This document shows, in pieces, positions 1 to 10,915 of a stretch of DNA of 64,000 nucleotides. The notes below the pieces were generated by a model that did no database searches, was not told where the DNA came from, and was given only the letters and a program-made list of their open reading frames with translations. Position 1 is the first letter of the stretch; each line of letters begins with the position of its first letter. The position numbers and the translations under genes were made by a program. This stretch comes from Longimicrobiales bacterium (GTDB taxonomy: Bacteria > Gemmatimonadota > Gemmatimonadetes > Longimicrobiales > Gaopeijiaceae), in contig CBDCNQ010000002.1 in NCBI GenBank assembly GCA_965219445.1, forward strand, positions 224,001-288,000. The letters are read 5' to 3'.

Positions 1-409
1 GACTTCAATTGCTATATCGTTTATCACGCCATCTATATTTGCATTTCCATCGCCCAAATTAGCCACAACCTTGGGGCCATCGGTGTATAATTCAGGACCG
101 CCTGCTTCTCTTAATACTTTTTTTCCGTATCCATCATGGTCTGCACGTTCATTCATTTTACTATCCTAGCGTAGGTCGACTTTGTGTATAACGTCGTTGC
201 TAAGGTCGATGCCCATCTGTGCGCTCGACGATAGCATATACCGGACGCGTTACCAGAGCCCCCCCCCCCGCCACACCACGACCGAACGGTTAGGTTTTTG
301 TCCTAAAGCCAACGGGTAACACGATTTACGATCTTCGGACACACCACGTGATACACGTCTCTCGCAGGGTGTTGCCAAGCCGTTGTCCCATAGGGACTTG
401 CGAAGACTG

Positions 410-935
410 ATCCCGGCTTCACGGCCCAGTTGAGGACCGCGAGCAGGAACTTCAAGTCCCGTTCGATCGTCCGGTCGGACACGGGTTTGCCGCTCGGGCC
501 GACCCTGCCCGCCCGGCGCGCCCGGATGAAACGGTCCCAGTCGCGCTGGGAGAGCGTTGCGGGCTTCCGGTCCCTGCCGAAGCACCCGAGGAACATCCCC
601 GTCGCGGCCCTGTCGTGCCGCCGCGACTGTTCACACTTGGTGGGCGTCACCTCTTCACCGTAGATGTCAAAAAGCGTCTCCAGGGTGAGCGGCTCGGACT
701 CGGCTTCGGCCTTGCGGTGGAGCTCCGGCCCGAGGTAGCCAGCGGCGAACTCGTCCGCCTGCCGCTTCGCCCGTCTCCAGTCGCGGTGCTTCAGCGACCT
801 TGTGAGCCTGCGCCCGTTGTCGCGCCACTCGATCTGGAACAGGCCGGTCTTGGGATCGGGAAAGACCCGTACCCGGTTCCGGCCCCATTCGCCGGCGCCG
901 TAGGAGCGCCGGATAGGTTTCGTGCGTGCCATCAT
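410..935 (-). pseudogene. Tyrosine recombinase (phage integrase) N-terminal/core-binding fragment, C-terminally truncated
   Basis: ORF 303..935 shows an arm region (FQIEWRDNGRRLTRSL) and a core-binding region (SDRTIERDLKFLLAVLNWAV). It then runs into unrelated att-like sequence near 410; no catalytic R-H-R-Y domain. Confidence 0.7.
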
Positions 936-1378
936 TCGATTCCTCCCTCGATGATGGACTGCACGATCTGCGCGTTGGGAACTTCGCCTCGGCGATGCTT
1001 TTCCACCAGTAGCGGTGTGGCTGGCGCCTGGGTCTTCCGTGGCAGGATCGAGCGGGCGATCCTGGGTGCACCGGGCCTTCCGGCGTTGGGGATCCTGCCG
1101 TCGCGCACGAGGCGGCCGAGATGGTCAGCGGAGTAGCCGCTCTCCCTGGCTGCCTCCGTCAGCGAGAGGGTGGTCTCGTCCCTCTCCCGGAGCGTGGTCT
1201 CGAGCTCGGCCGCGCAGCTTTCGAGCGCCACGGCCGGAGTGTCGCCCCCGTACCGGCGGAGCGCCTTGGCCTGCGTCCGCCAGGTGGCTGGCAGGGTCTC
1301 GACGGACGCGCCGCGAGGTGTGCGCGCACGTTTGGGTCGATCTCGTCGGCCCGCCGCCCGCCCGGTCTCCGCTTTCAT
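932..1378 (-). CDS. Excisionase-like helix-turn-helix protein
   Basis: LSLTEAARESGYSADHLGRLVRDGRIPN is a MerR/HTH_17-like motif; its stop overlaps the integrase start (ATGA coupling). Confidence 0.6.
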   Translation of the reverse strand: MKAETGRAAGRRDRPKRARTPRGASVETLPATWRTQAKALRRYGGDTPAVALESCAAELETTLRERDETTLSLTEAARESGYSADHLGRLVRDGRIPNAGRPGAPRIARSILPRKTQAPATPLLVEKHRRGEVPNAQIVQSIIEGGIE

Positions 1379-1638
1379 TCCCAGTCGCCCTCGGCGTCCC
1401 TGCGGAGCGCGTCGGTGAGGGCCGGATCCCCGTCGCCGCGCCGAACGGAGCGCTCGACGAGATCGACGCATCTATTGACGTTCAGTAGCGCTCCATAAAA
1501 GCCCAATAACACCTGATATACAAAGAGTTAGGAGATTTCCATACTCCAGAGAGACCCCGTTACACCCCTTGACAGCCGGTAGTTTTATGGGGCACTATTT
1601 CGGGGCAGACTACCGTATCCCTCACACGGTGCCCCAAC

Positions 1639-1986
1639 ATGCCACTGACCGACACGGCCATCCGGAAGGCCAAGCCCCGCGAGAAGCCGCGCAAGATCTA
1701 CGACAGCCGCGGCCTGTACCTCGAGATCGCCCCGCGCGGCACCAAGGCCTGGCGCTTCAAGTACCGCTTCGCCGAGAAGGAGAAGCGGATCTCCATGGGC
1801 ATCTATCCCGAGGTCTCGCTGAAGCTCGCGCGGGAGCGGAGGGACGAGGCCCGCAAGCTTCTGGCCCGGGAGATCGACCCGAGCGCCTACCGGAAGGCAC
1901 GCAAGCAGTCGAAGCGGCAGTGGGCCATCAACAAACTGCCCTCCCGCAAGGTTCGCTCCTTCGCCATCTCCCCGGCAGCTCCCTGA
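1639..1986 (+). pseudogene. P4/CP4-57-like integrase, Arm-DNA-binding domain only
   Basis: MPLTDTAIRKAKPREKPRKIYDSRGLYLEIAPRGTKAWRFKYRF...GIYPEVSLKLARERRDEARKLL is the typical P4-like integrase N-terminus. It is fused at ~1920 to a repeated non-coding element end. Confidence 0.85.
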
Positions 1987-2181
1987 TTTGCGTCGACATC
2001 GGCGGAATGCGGACTCGCCCGACTGCCTATACGTAGACCGGGGCGAGATGGCGCTCAGTGAGGTTGGGTAGGTGTAACCGATGGAGTGGACGCCCCCTCC
2101 CGACGGCATCGCAATGTGCCAAGATGGTGTTGAGTGATTGCGACCTTGAGAGGTCTGACCATCTGAGGGAGGAGGCATCCA

Positions 2182-3207
2182 ATGGAGGAGGTTATCATCA
2201 TCGCGATCGATTTGGCAAAGAACAGCTTCCAGGTACATGGGGCGAGGGGCGACGGGTTGGTGGCATATCGCAAGAAGCTGAGCCGGGGGAAGTTGCTGAG
2301 TTTTCTTGCCTCGCAGCCGCGCTGTGTGGTGGCGATGGAAGCGTGCGCCGGCGCCCACTACTGGGCCCGGGAGATCATGATGCTCGGTCACGAGACGAGG
2401 CTGGTGCCACCGATCTACGTGAAGCCGTTCGTCAAGAGGCACAAAAACGACGCGGCGGACGCAGAGGCGATCTCGGAAGCGGTGCAGCGTCCGACCATGC
2501 ACTTCGTGGCGGTGAAGACAGAAGCGCAGCAGGCGCAGGGGATGCTCTTTCGCACGCGTGACCTTCTGGTGCGCCAGCGCACCCAAACGATAAACGCGCT
2601 TCGGGGCCACCTGGCGGAGTTCGGTGTCGTGGCTCCACAGGGCACTGCCGCGGTGAGGCGGCTGGCCGGTGTGCTCGAGGACGGGGACTCTGCGCTGCCG
2701 GGGGCGGTCCTTGAGCTGGGCAGGCTACTGCTCGAGCGGATCGATGAGCTCGATGAGAAGATCTACGGACTGGACAAGAAGCTCCGGGCGAGCGCACGGG
2801 AGGATGAAGAGACGGCGCGGCTGATGACGATCCCGGGAATCGGACCGATCACCGCGCTGGCCATCCAGGCCTTCGCGCCACCGATGGAGAGCTTCCGGCG
2901 TGGGCGCGACTTCTCGGCTTGGCTTGGCCTCGTGCCGCGGCAGCACACGACCGGGGGCAAGCCGAGGCTTGGCAGAATATCGAAGATGGGTCAGCGCGAT
3001 CTCAGGCGGCTCCTGATCACGGGCGCCATGACGATTGTCCACCACGCGATCCGACGCGGCGAGACGACGGATCCGTGGCTAGCCAGGATGTTGGCACGCA
3101 AGCCCAGGATGCTGGTCGCGGTAGCGCTGGCGAACAGGATGGCGCGCATTGTCTGGGCGCTTACGACGAAGAAGGAGATCTATCGGGCTCACGCTGCCGC
3201 CGCCTGA
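2182..3207 (+). CDS. IS110 family transposase (DEDD recombinase)
   Basis: Motifs IAIDLAKNSFQVHG, MEAC, KNDAADAEAI, TIPGIGPITA, GLVPRQHTTGGK. Confidence 0.95.
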   Translation: MEEVIIIAIDLAKNSFQVHGARGDGLVAYRKKLSRGKLLSFLASQPRCVVAMEACAGAHYWAREIMMLGHETRLVPPIYVKPFVKRHKNDAADAEAISEAVQRPTMHFVAVKTEAQQAQGMLFRTRDLLVRQRTQTINALRGHLAEFGVVAPQGTAAVRRLAGVLEDGDSALPGAVLELGRLLLERIDELDEKIYGLDKKLRASAREDEETARLMTIPGIGPITALAIQAFAPPMESFRRGRDFSAWLGLVPRQHTTGGKPRLGRISKMGQRDLRRLLITGAMTIVHHAIRRGETTDPWLARMLARKPRMLVAVALANRMARIVWALTTKKEIYRAHAAAA

Positions 3208-3440
3208 CCGGGCGAAAGGAGGGAAGCCGAGAGGAGGACAGCTGTTGGGGATGTGAGCAGGTCGGAGGACAGGTAAGGGCAAACGGTCAATGAGACGGGG
3301 TCGAGAAAACCAGCAACCGAACGGAGAGCACCGAAGCTCGCGTAACCGATATGGACTCGGCCCGCGTATCTCCATACAGGCCAGCGGCCAACTGAGTTGC
3401 CGCACCAACAGGCCGGATAGACGACAGCACCTGACCACAT
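3208..3440 (+). ncRNA. Putative seekRNA/bridge RNA of the IS110 at 2182
   Basis: Non-coding 3' region with hairpins. GTAACCGAT (3342-3350) is identical to the left junction (2074-2082); CTCCAT is complementary to the IS left end ATGGAG. Confidence 0.6.
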
Positions 3441-3905
3441 GCACATCGGCTGGTTCAAGCCCGACAGCGGCCTGAAGGACATGATGGCCCGGGTGGCCCA
3501 TGCTCACCGACTGTCCCGCCACGGCATGACCGAACGATTACCCTCCCGCCCTCCCGCAAGGTTCGCTCCTTCGCCGCCTCCGGGAACCTCCGTTACGGCC
3601 CACTGGATTCCCGTTCGGAAAAGGAGATACAAAGAGGGGATGATAGGCATATGATAGGCTCTAACAATAGTAATGCCAATCACTTATAAAACTATCGTCG
3701 TATCCGAGTACATGAGACATCGGGGTGCATGTGCACCGACACGCCATTTTCATGTGCGCGCCAGCGCTCCCTTATGTGGCTGCCTGTCTTGCAGTTGCGG
3801 CACGGCCGCCGGAGCTGCGACGCCGCTCCGGAGCTTTCGGCCGTAGAAGGGAGCGACCCCCCCTTTGGGGATGCCTCGATCGGGGAAGCGGCTGGCGCTG
3901 GGCGT

Positions 3906-4193
3906 CTACGTCTTTTTCGCTGGCTCGACGATGATTCGCCCGCGCCCGCGTTTGACCACATAGCCGCCAGAACGAATCGCAAGCTTGCCTTGCTCAACAA
4001 GGGACCAAAGACTTTCGGCGATCAACTCGGCGTTCCGGTCGCTCGCCCTTGCGGTTGCTGGCCGGGAGAGCCACTCGGCGAACGCCCGCTCGCCGATATC
4101 TTCGCCGACGGACTTGCGAAGTGCGTTCAGCTTGCGGAGGTGGCCCTTCGTTAGAGCACTCTCATCAATGTCCCTCGAGGATGTCTGCGGCAT
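3906..4193 (-). CDS. Small hypothetical protein
   Basis: 95-aa ORF with upstream GGGAGAG SD-like site and protein-like composition. Confidence 0.55.
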   Translation of the reverse strand: MPQTSSRDIDESALTKGHLRKLNALRKSVGEDIGERAFAEWLSRPATARASDRNAELIAESLWSLVEQGKLAIRSGGYVVKRGRGRIIVEPAKKT

Positions 4194-4715
4194 AGCTCTC
4201 CCTTCCGCGATACTTATGTGCTGAGACCGTGGTGTGATTATAGCAGACTAGGGCCTTCGTCAACCTCCTCCCGCCGATGAGGTCTCCACGGCGGCTCTCC
4301 TTGAGGGGAGCTATTGATCTTCGATCCCTGTAAGCAGGTCCGCTTGGATGCGGCGAATCTTCCTGACCACCTGGCAGACCTGACGAGCGGCCTCGGGGGT
4401 CTCGGCATAGTAGTTCGCGTGGGCGAGGTGATCGCGCAGATCACGGATATCATTGAAGCCGCGCTTTACTGTGGTGGACGACACCGAGCGCAAGTGCTTG
4501 ATCTTCGGCTCCAGCGGGTGGGTACGTAGTCGTCAAAGATGGCAATCGGGTGGCCGACGTGTCCGTCAGGGTCCGCTAGGGTCGTTTGGAATCCAGTTCC
4601 TAAAAATGGGTATGAAAAGGGGACAACCAAAGAGATAGCATATGTATATCGTGGTATCACAGTAACTTATCAGATCCATCATGATTCTTGCCGCGAATCA
4701 CGCCACCGGTACTCT

Positions 4716-5711
4716 GCCGGGAAGGCGGCTCGCCCGCCGACGTGATGGGCCGCTACCGGCGCAGGAGTGAAGAAGTGGACGAGATGATGGTGGAGGCCTA
4801 CGTGAGCGGTGTGTCGCAGCGCAAGATGGGCGACGTGACTGAAGCACTGCTGGGTGAGCGCGTGGGACGCTCGACGGTAAGGCTGGTCGCGAAGCGGCTC
4901 GATGGGGCTGTAGAAGCGCTGCGGAGCGCACCCATCGAGGGGCCTCACCCCTATCTGTATCTGGACGCGACGTTCCTCGATGCGCGCTGAGCCAGGAAGG
5001 TCGAGAACGTGAGCGCGCTCGTGGCCTACGCGGTGGATCCGGACGGTCACCGCCGGCTCCTGGCCATCACGCTAGGCCCTGAGGAGTCAGAGGACAGTTG
5101 GTCGGAGCTCCTCGAGCAGCTCCTGGAGCGAGGTCTCAGCGGCGTCGAACTGGTGATCGCCGACGAGCACGCGGGCCTGGCAGCTGCGCTGCGCCGCTTC
5201 CTGCCTGAGGTGCGCCGTCAGCGCTGCACCGTGCACCTGCAACGCAACGTGCTGGCCAAGGTCCCGCATCGCCTGCGCAAGCGTGTGGCGCGCGAGGTTG
5301 CCGCCGTCTTCCGGGCCCCCGGGCTCGCTAAGGCGAAGAAGCGCCTGGCCGAGATCACGGCGCGCTGGCACAACGAACTCCCCGAGGCAATGAGGGTGCT
5401 CGAGCGGGGCTTCACGGCCGCCACCCAGTTCTACGCGTTTCCCGAGCCCCACTGGGCCAGGCTACGCACCACGAACAGCCTCGAGCGCCTGCACACCGAG
5501 ATCAAGCGTCGAATCCGGAGCGCCGGCGCCTTCCCCGACCGAGCCAGTGCACTCCGCCTCATCACCGCGGTTGCTCTGAGGACTACTGCGGTCTGGAGCG
5601 AGCGCCGTTACCTGGACCTCTCACTCCTCGAGCCCAAGGAGGTCGCCAAGGCAGCCTAACCGAGCATCGAGGAGCTTCCCCTCACTTTTACACACAACTC
5701 GGGACTTGACC
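4716..5711 (+). mobile_element. IS256 family element, 5'-truncated with internal stop
   Basis: Near-identical to 21136-22529 in inverted orientation; TGG->TGA at ~4988; right end TTTTACACACAACTCGGGACTTGACC. Confidence 0.9.
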
Positions 5712-6181
5712 CCTGAAACTTCTTGGGTGTCCAGCATACGGACCTCCCCGACGAACGCCAGATAGGGATTCACCAACCAACGACCGAGCGGTTGTCCCTC
5801 ACCCCTGACCGAAGACGTTGTCATCGTGATACCGTCTATGGTGTATTCTGGGAACGGCGCCGGTGGTCGCACGGTGACAGAGAAGGTGATCGAACCGGCT
5901 CCCTGGGCTTTGGTCCGGTAGTCATACAGCCCATCCCCGTCCGTCGTCACTCGTACCTCGGGCTCAACGGGCAGGATACCCGCTGTACGACGGAAGACCA
6001 GCTCTACCCCAGCGACACCCTCCCCGGAGCGAAATTCGATGACTTGACCAGTGGCGCTGACGTCGAGCGACCCGTCACAGGCAACCGTTCCAAAGCAGGG
6101 GTCACACGCGGCCGCCAGCATGCCATAGAGCAGAACCAGGATGTATCTGGCCGTGCGCTCCGCCTCTCCCCCTCCGATCAC
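5712..6181 (-). pseudogene. Lipoprotein with Ig/carboxypeptidase-regulatory-like repeats, N-terminal part
   Basis: Lipobox-like MLAAAC; ORF runs into the IS256 end. A similar beta-rich domain resumes at 22530 on the + strand. Confidence 0.55.
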
Positions 6182-7089
6182 CGCTCCACCATGCCCTGGA
6201 TAACCGCAGCGGCACGAGGCCAGTCCCGGCGGGCGCCGTAGCGCATCAGCAAGACGAACCGTGTCACGTAAAAACGTGCCAAGAAAGGGATCCGGACCAG
6301 GGGGCCAAAATGGCGCCTCATGACACGCCTGCGGTTTCTGTCTCTCAGGCGAATCTTGTAGGGAGCGGGATCGTCCTCGAGGCGAGGTGTGTGATGAAGA
6401 GCTTTCGCCCGTGGTTCGAAGAGAATCCGATAGCCGGCACGTCTGAGCCTCACAGAGAGTTCGGCATCTTCCGCATAGGCAAAAAAATCTTCAGCAAAGG
6501 TCCCCACGTCTCGAATCGCCCGAGCCGAGATAAGAAAAACGCATCCGGTGGCGAACGATATCTCCTCAGGCATCGTCACACCTTCGGCGGGGGGTGTGAC
6601 TGTGTGAACACCGAGTCCCCGGAGCGGCCTGAATTCGCCACCCGCGTACCATCCAGTTTCCGGATCATCGTGATACCCGATGAACGGCACCACGATCGCA
6701 ACGTCTTCTCCCGAGTTTGCCGTCTCCACGAGGCGCTCTATGGCACCGGGCAGCACGACAGCATCGTTGTTTACGACGAGAACGTAATCTGCACCGTGAG
6801 CCAGAGCCCACTCCATGCCTCGGTTGTTCGCGACGCCATATCCGAGATTCTGACCCATCTGGAGGTAGGGGATGGCGGGGAAGCGAGCATGCAGCCGGTC
6901 ACCAGAACCGTCCGGAGAGCCGTTGTCCAGGAGTAGAATGCGCAACCTCGAATATTGTGACCGCTCCAGCGACTCGAGGCACTCGGCCGTGAGATCTTCC
7001 GCGGACCAGTTCAAGACGACCGCCACGACACTCGCAGTGCCAGACGGAACAATGGGTTGGGCGGGCAATTGCGTCCCGTTCATAGGCAA
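6178..7089 (-). CDS. Glycosyltransferase family 2 (rhamnosyltransferase-like)
   Basis: Motifs VVLNW, DNGSPDGS, NLGYGVANNRG, NNDA, FFAYAEDAELSVR. Confidence 0.9.
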   Translation of the reverse strand: MPMNGTQLPAQPIVPSGTASVVAVVLNWSAEDLTAECLESLERSQYSRLRILLLDNGSPDGSGDRLHARFPAIPYLQMGQNLGYGVANNRGMEWALAHGADYVLVVNNDAVVLPGAIERLVETANSGEDVAIVVPFIGYHDDPETGWYAGGEFRPLRGLGVHTVTPPAEGVTMPEEISFATGCVFLISARAIRDVGTFAEDFFAYAEDAELSVRLRRAGYRILFEPRAKALHHTPRLEDDPAPYKIRLRDRNRRRVMRRHFGPLVRIPFLARFYVTRFVLLMRYGARRDWPRAAAVIQGMVER

Positions 7090-7243
7090 CTACTTTTGAC
7101 GACCCTTGTGATCTCAGCGAGTAATCTCCTCCGGCTCAAAAAGACCCTTGCCCAGAGCGCTTTCGTGAAAAATATACGGCGGGCGCTAGGGATCCGAAAC
7201 ACTCCGCTGTTCGGCTGTAGACTCGACCAATCCGAGACTCTCC

Positions 7244-8764
7244 GTGAGTTCTGACCTCGATCGACTTCACGCAGGGCCGGTCTTGGCGCGCAGTTCGGTG
7301 CTCAACCTTGTCGTCACTGCTGCACCTATGGTGGTGGCTCTTGTCGCGATCCCCGTTTTGTTATCGCAGCTTGGTCCAGCCCGCTTCGGGATCCTCAGCC
7401 TGGCCTGGACCGTCGTGGGATATTTCGGCCTCTTTGACATCGGCTTGGGCAGATCCCTCACTCACATGGTCTCGGAGCGACTCGGTGCCGACCGCTCCCA
7501 TGAGGTGCCGGGCCTGGTCTGGACCGGCCTGCTACTTCTACTCGCCTTTGGGCTGATAGGCACTTTGGTCGCGTGGATGCTGGCGCCGATCCTCGTGCAG
7601 GACATCCTTAGAATCCCCCCTGGCCTGCAAGCAGAAAGCGTCGCCGCGTTTCAGATACTCAGCGTCTCCGTTCCCTTGCTGATTGTATCGTCCGGTCTGA
7701 AGGGAATCCTCGAAGCCGAACAACGTTTTAGCTCGATCGCCTTTATCCAGCTCCCGGCGGCGGTGCTGCTTCTCGTGGCGCCGATCCTCGTCCTCCCCCT
7801 CTCTCATCGCGTGGACGCGCTCGTGGCGGCCATGGTGGCGGTGCGGCTTGGCGGCCTCGTCGCCCTGGTATTCACGGTGTTTCGGGCAATCCCGCAGCTC
7901 CGGACACGTCCGCGATTCGTCTCCGCGGAAACCAGAAAGCTCATGTCTTTCGGGGGTTGGCTCACTGTGAGCAACCTTGTCAGCCCGCTCATGGTGTACA
8001 TTGATCGCTTCGCGATTGGAGCGGTCATCTCGCTTTCAGCGGTCGCGTCCTATGTGATTCCGTACGAGCTCGTCACCCGCGTGGTGCGGCTGCCCATTGC
8101 CATCACCACGGTCTTTTTTCCGGCGTTCGCCGCCACCCACCAGTCCGATCCGGATCGCACCGGGGTTCTGTTCGTCTCCGCTTGCCAAACCATCCTACTT
8201 CTGACCGTCGCCCCACTCCTTCTGTTTTTCCTCTTTGCCGCCGAGGGACTAACTGTTTGGGTGGGAGCCAACCTTGCGACCCAGGGCACGGTGGTGGCGC
8301 GTTGGCTGATCGTCGGGGCATTCTTCAACGGCATCGCGCAGGCCCCGTTCACTCTCGTGCAGGGGCTGGGTCGGCCTAATCTGACCGCCCGCTTCCACGT
8401 GTGGGAGCTGCCCTTCTACATGGTTGCCCTGTGGATCCTGCTCCCACGGTTCGGCATTTCAGGCGCCGCCCTGGCTTGGACACTCCGGGCCGCAGCGGAT
8501 GCGGTGCTCCTGTTTGCCGCTTCCTACAAGCTGCTGCCCAGCTGTCGGAGCGGTGTGATGCGCACTACGCTTTGGGCAGTCGGGGCTTCCCTGCTCTTTG
8601 GTGCTGCCACCCAGCCGGCGTCGGTCTCCGCAAAGGGCGTCTTCGCGTTGATAGCCTTGCCCGCGATTGTGGGTTTGGGATTGCGTCAAGTGGGAGGTCT
8701 TGGAGCGCTCCGCCGACTCGTGAAGAGCCCACCGAGTAAGGAGGTTCGTTCGTGGACCGCATGA
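7244..8764 (+). CDS. wzx: Polysaccharide flippase (Wzx-like)
   Basis: ~14 hydrophobic segments; LGPARFGILSL, YFGLFDIGLGR, LMVYIDRF. Confidence 0.85.
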   Translation: MSSDLDRLHAGPVLARSSVLNLVVTAAPMVVALVAIPVLLSQLGPARFGILSLAWTVVGYFGLFDIGLGRSLTHMVSERLGADRSHEVPGLVWTGLLLLLAFGLIGTLVAWMLAPILVQDILRIPPGLQAESVAAFQILSVSVPLLIVSSGLKGILEAEQRFSSIAFIQLPAAVLLLVAPILVLPLSHRVDALVAAMVAVRLGGLVALVFTVFRAIPQLRTRPRFVSAETRKLMSFGGWLTVSNLVSPLMVYIDRFAIGAVISLSAVASYVIPYELVTRVVRLPIAITTVFFPAFAATHQSDPDRTGVLFVSACQTILLLTVAPLLLFFLFAAEGLTVWVGANLATQGTVVARWLIVGAFFNGIAQAPFTLVQGLGRPNLTARFHVWELPFYMVALWILLPRFGISGAALAWTLRAAADAVLLFAASYKLLPSCRSGVMRTTLWAVGASLLFGAATQPASVSAKGVFALIALPAIVGLGLRQVGGLGALRRLVKSPPSKEVRSWTA

Positions 8765-8777
8765 CGGTGCCGGGATC

Positions 8778-9962
8778 GTGTTCTGGCAGTCCGCGATGAA
8801 ATCATTGATGGCGGGACTTCGGGTCGCACTCGTTCACGACTGGCTCATGACGTATGCAGGTGGAGAACGCGTCCTGGAGCAGATCCTAAAGCTGTTTCCC
8901 CAGGCCGACGTCTATACCCTCGTCGACTTTCTCGACTCGGAGGACCGAGGGATTCTCCAGGGGCGGCCCACGCACCACTCCTTCCTACAGCAGATGCCCT
9001 TCGCCCGAAGGCACTACAGACGCTACCTGCCGCTCATGCCATTTGCCATCGAGCGGTTCGATCTCCGTGAGTATGACCTCGTGATTTCGAATTCGCATGC
9101 AGTTGCGAAGGGAGTGCCCACGGGTCCGGATCAGCTACACGTCTGTATGTGCCTTTCCCCAATCAGGTATGCATGGGATCTCCGGGATCAGTATTTGAAG
9201 GAGTCGGGCCTCGAACGTGGGCTACGCGGGATGCTCGCGAGGGGCGTTCTCCACAGAATCAGGATCTGGGACGCCAAGACGGCGAACGGTGTGGACCACT
9301 TCATGGCGATCTCCGAGTTCATCTCGAGGAGGATCGCCAAGGCGTACGGACGCGACTCGACGGTGATCTATCCACCGGTCGACATATCATCATTCGTACC
9401 GGGCGAGGAGGCCGCTCGAGGTGACTTCTACGTTACTGCAGGACGCCTGGTGCCTTACAAGCGGGTCGGGCTCGTGGTGGATGCGTTTCGAGAGATGCCT
9501 GAACGGCAACTCGTGGTGATCGGTGATGGCCCCATGCGTAAGCAGATCCTGAAGGATCTCCCTTCGAATGTCCGCTATGTTGGGCAACAGCCATTCTCAC
9601 TGTTGTTGAGTTACTTACAGACTGCCCGCGGTTTCATATTCGCGGCTGAAGAGGATTTTGGGATCGCGCCGGTCGAAGCTCAGGCATGCGGCACACCGGT
9701 CGTGGCATATGGACGAGGCGGCGCTCTGGAGACGATACGGGGCCTCGATCATCCGGAACCGTCTGGTGTCTTCTTCAAGGAGCAGACGGTAGGGTCGTTG
9801 CGGGAAGCGATCCAGACGTTGGAAGAGGATTCGGGGCGCATCAGTGCCGAGAACTGCAGGCGCAATGCTGAGCGCTTTGGTCCCGAACGCTTCCAGGAAG
9901 AGCTGGGCGGATTCATGGAGGCAGCCTGGGAGGAGTTTTCAGCGTCACTCTCCCGTCGTTGA
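8778..9962 (+). CDS. Glycosyltransferase family 4 (WbaZ-like mannosyl/rhamnosyltransferase)
   Basis: Motifs VALVHDWL...GGERVL and EEDFGIAPVEAQACGTPVVAYGRGG. Confidence 0.9.
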   Translation: MFWQSAMKSLMAGLRVALVHDWLMTYAGGERVLEQILKLFPQADVYTLVDFLDSEDRGILQGRPTHHSFLQQMPFARRHYRRYLPLMPFAIERFDLREYDLVISNSHAVAKGVPTGPDQLHVCMCLSPIRYAWDLRDQYLKESGLERGLRGMLARGVLHRIRIWDAKTANGVDHFMAISEFISRRIAKAYGRDSTVIYPPVDISSFVPGEEAARGDFYVTAGRLVPYKRVGLVVDAFREMPERQLVVIGDGPMRKQILKDLPSNVRYVGQQPFSLLLSYLQTARGFIFAAEEDFGIAPVEAQACGTPVVAYGRGGALETIRGLDHPEPSGVFFKEQTVGSLREAIQTLEEDSGRISAENCRRNAERFGPERFQEELGGFMEAAWEEFSASLSRR

Positions 9963-10907
9963 CTCGGCCTCGATTGTCGCCTGTTCAATCATCGTTCGGA
10001 GGGTCTCCTCGAGTCCCACTTTCGGACCCCATCCAGTTTCGCCCACCAACCGACCGTTATCTCCCACCAAATGCGGGACGTCTGCTGATCGTTCGAGAGC
10101 CGGGTCCGGCCGAACCTGCACATCGGCACCCGCCAGCTCCGCGATGAGGCTAACGACTTCGGCTAGGGGACGTTCGACCCCGGAACTCACGTTGAAGATG
10201 CCACCTAGATCGTCGCGCTCCAGGAGTGTGACGTAGGCCTGCACGACGTCATCGACATCGAGAAAGTCCCGAACGACTTCGAGGTTGCCTGAGCGAACCA
10301 CGCCCTCGCCTGCCGCCTTTGCCCTGGTGATTCGATTGACGAGAGCCGGGACAAAATATTGTTCCGTCTGACCCGCGCCGGTGTGGTTCGTGGCTCGCGC
10401 GATCACAACGGGCAAACCCGTACGAGACGATGTCTCGAGACACGCGAGTTCGGCGCCGCGCTTGGACGCAGCGTAGGGTGAAGAAGGGTTGAGGGGATCG
10501 GTCTCTCGTCGAGGCCTCGGCTCACCGGCTCCGTACACCTCGATCGAGGAGGCCAGAAGAAAGCGAGTCGTGGACTGGCGGGCGCTGTCGACTTTGGTGA
10601 CTTCATCGAGGATTCGTGCGGTTCCCGCAGCGTTGATCTCCCAAGCCAGAGCTGGATCATTCCTCGCGACGCCGCCGGATGCCACTGCGGCGAGATGCAC
10701 GACGACATCTGCGTTGGTGCCAAGGGCTTCGCGGATTGACGACGAGCTCCGCAGGTCCATTGGCACGGTCGTGACGTCCGGACCAGCCAAGCGAGCCGGG
10801 TCGTCGCCAGGTAGATGCGCCGCGGTCACCGTGTGCCCTCTCCGCAGGAGAGAAGGGACGAGCTTGTGGCCAACGAAGCCGGTGGAGCCGGTGACCAAGA
10901 CCCTCAT
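9945..10907 (-). CDS. rmd: GDP-4-keto-6-deoxy-D-mannose reductase-like NAD-dependent epimerase/dehydratase
   Basis: GSTGFVG Rossmann motif, YAASK, GNLEVVRDFLDVDDVV; lies directly downstream of gmd. Confidence 0.65.
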   Translation of the reverse strand: MRVLVTGSTGFVGHKLVPSLLRRGHTVTAAHLPGDDPARLAGPDVTTVPMDLRSSSSIREALGTNADVVVHLAAVASGGVARNDPALAWEINAAGTARILDEVTKVDSARQSTTRFLLASSIEVYGAGEPRPRRETDPLNPSSPYAASKRGAELACLETSSRTGLPVVIARATNHTGAGQTEQYFVPALVNRITRAKAAGEGVVRSGNLEVVRDFLDVDDVVQAYVTLLERDDLGGIFNVSSGVERPLAEVVSLIAELAGADVQVRPDPALERSADVPHLVGDNGRLVGETGWGPKVGLEETLRTMIEQATIEAESTTGE

Positions 10908-10915
10908 GTCCCTAC

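Larger units (their letters stand above)
2081..3440 (+). mobile_element. IS110 family (IS1111-type) element, right end apparently lost
   Basis: Left end ATGGAGTGGACGCCCC, then the transposase, then a long 3' non-coding region; no matching right sub-terminal repeat found. Confidence 0.75.

Noticed and set aside
1..250. AT-rich segment at the window start
   Set aside because: No complete ORF or recognisable structure; probably the end of an adjacent foreign gene.
303..1986. Integrases as the missing integron IntI
   Set aside because: Both are N-terminal fragments of phage/P4-like integrases, lack catalytic and IntI-specific regions, and lie ~57 kb from the attI-like site.
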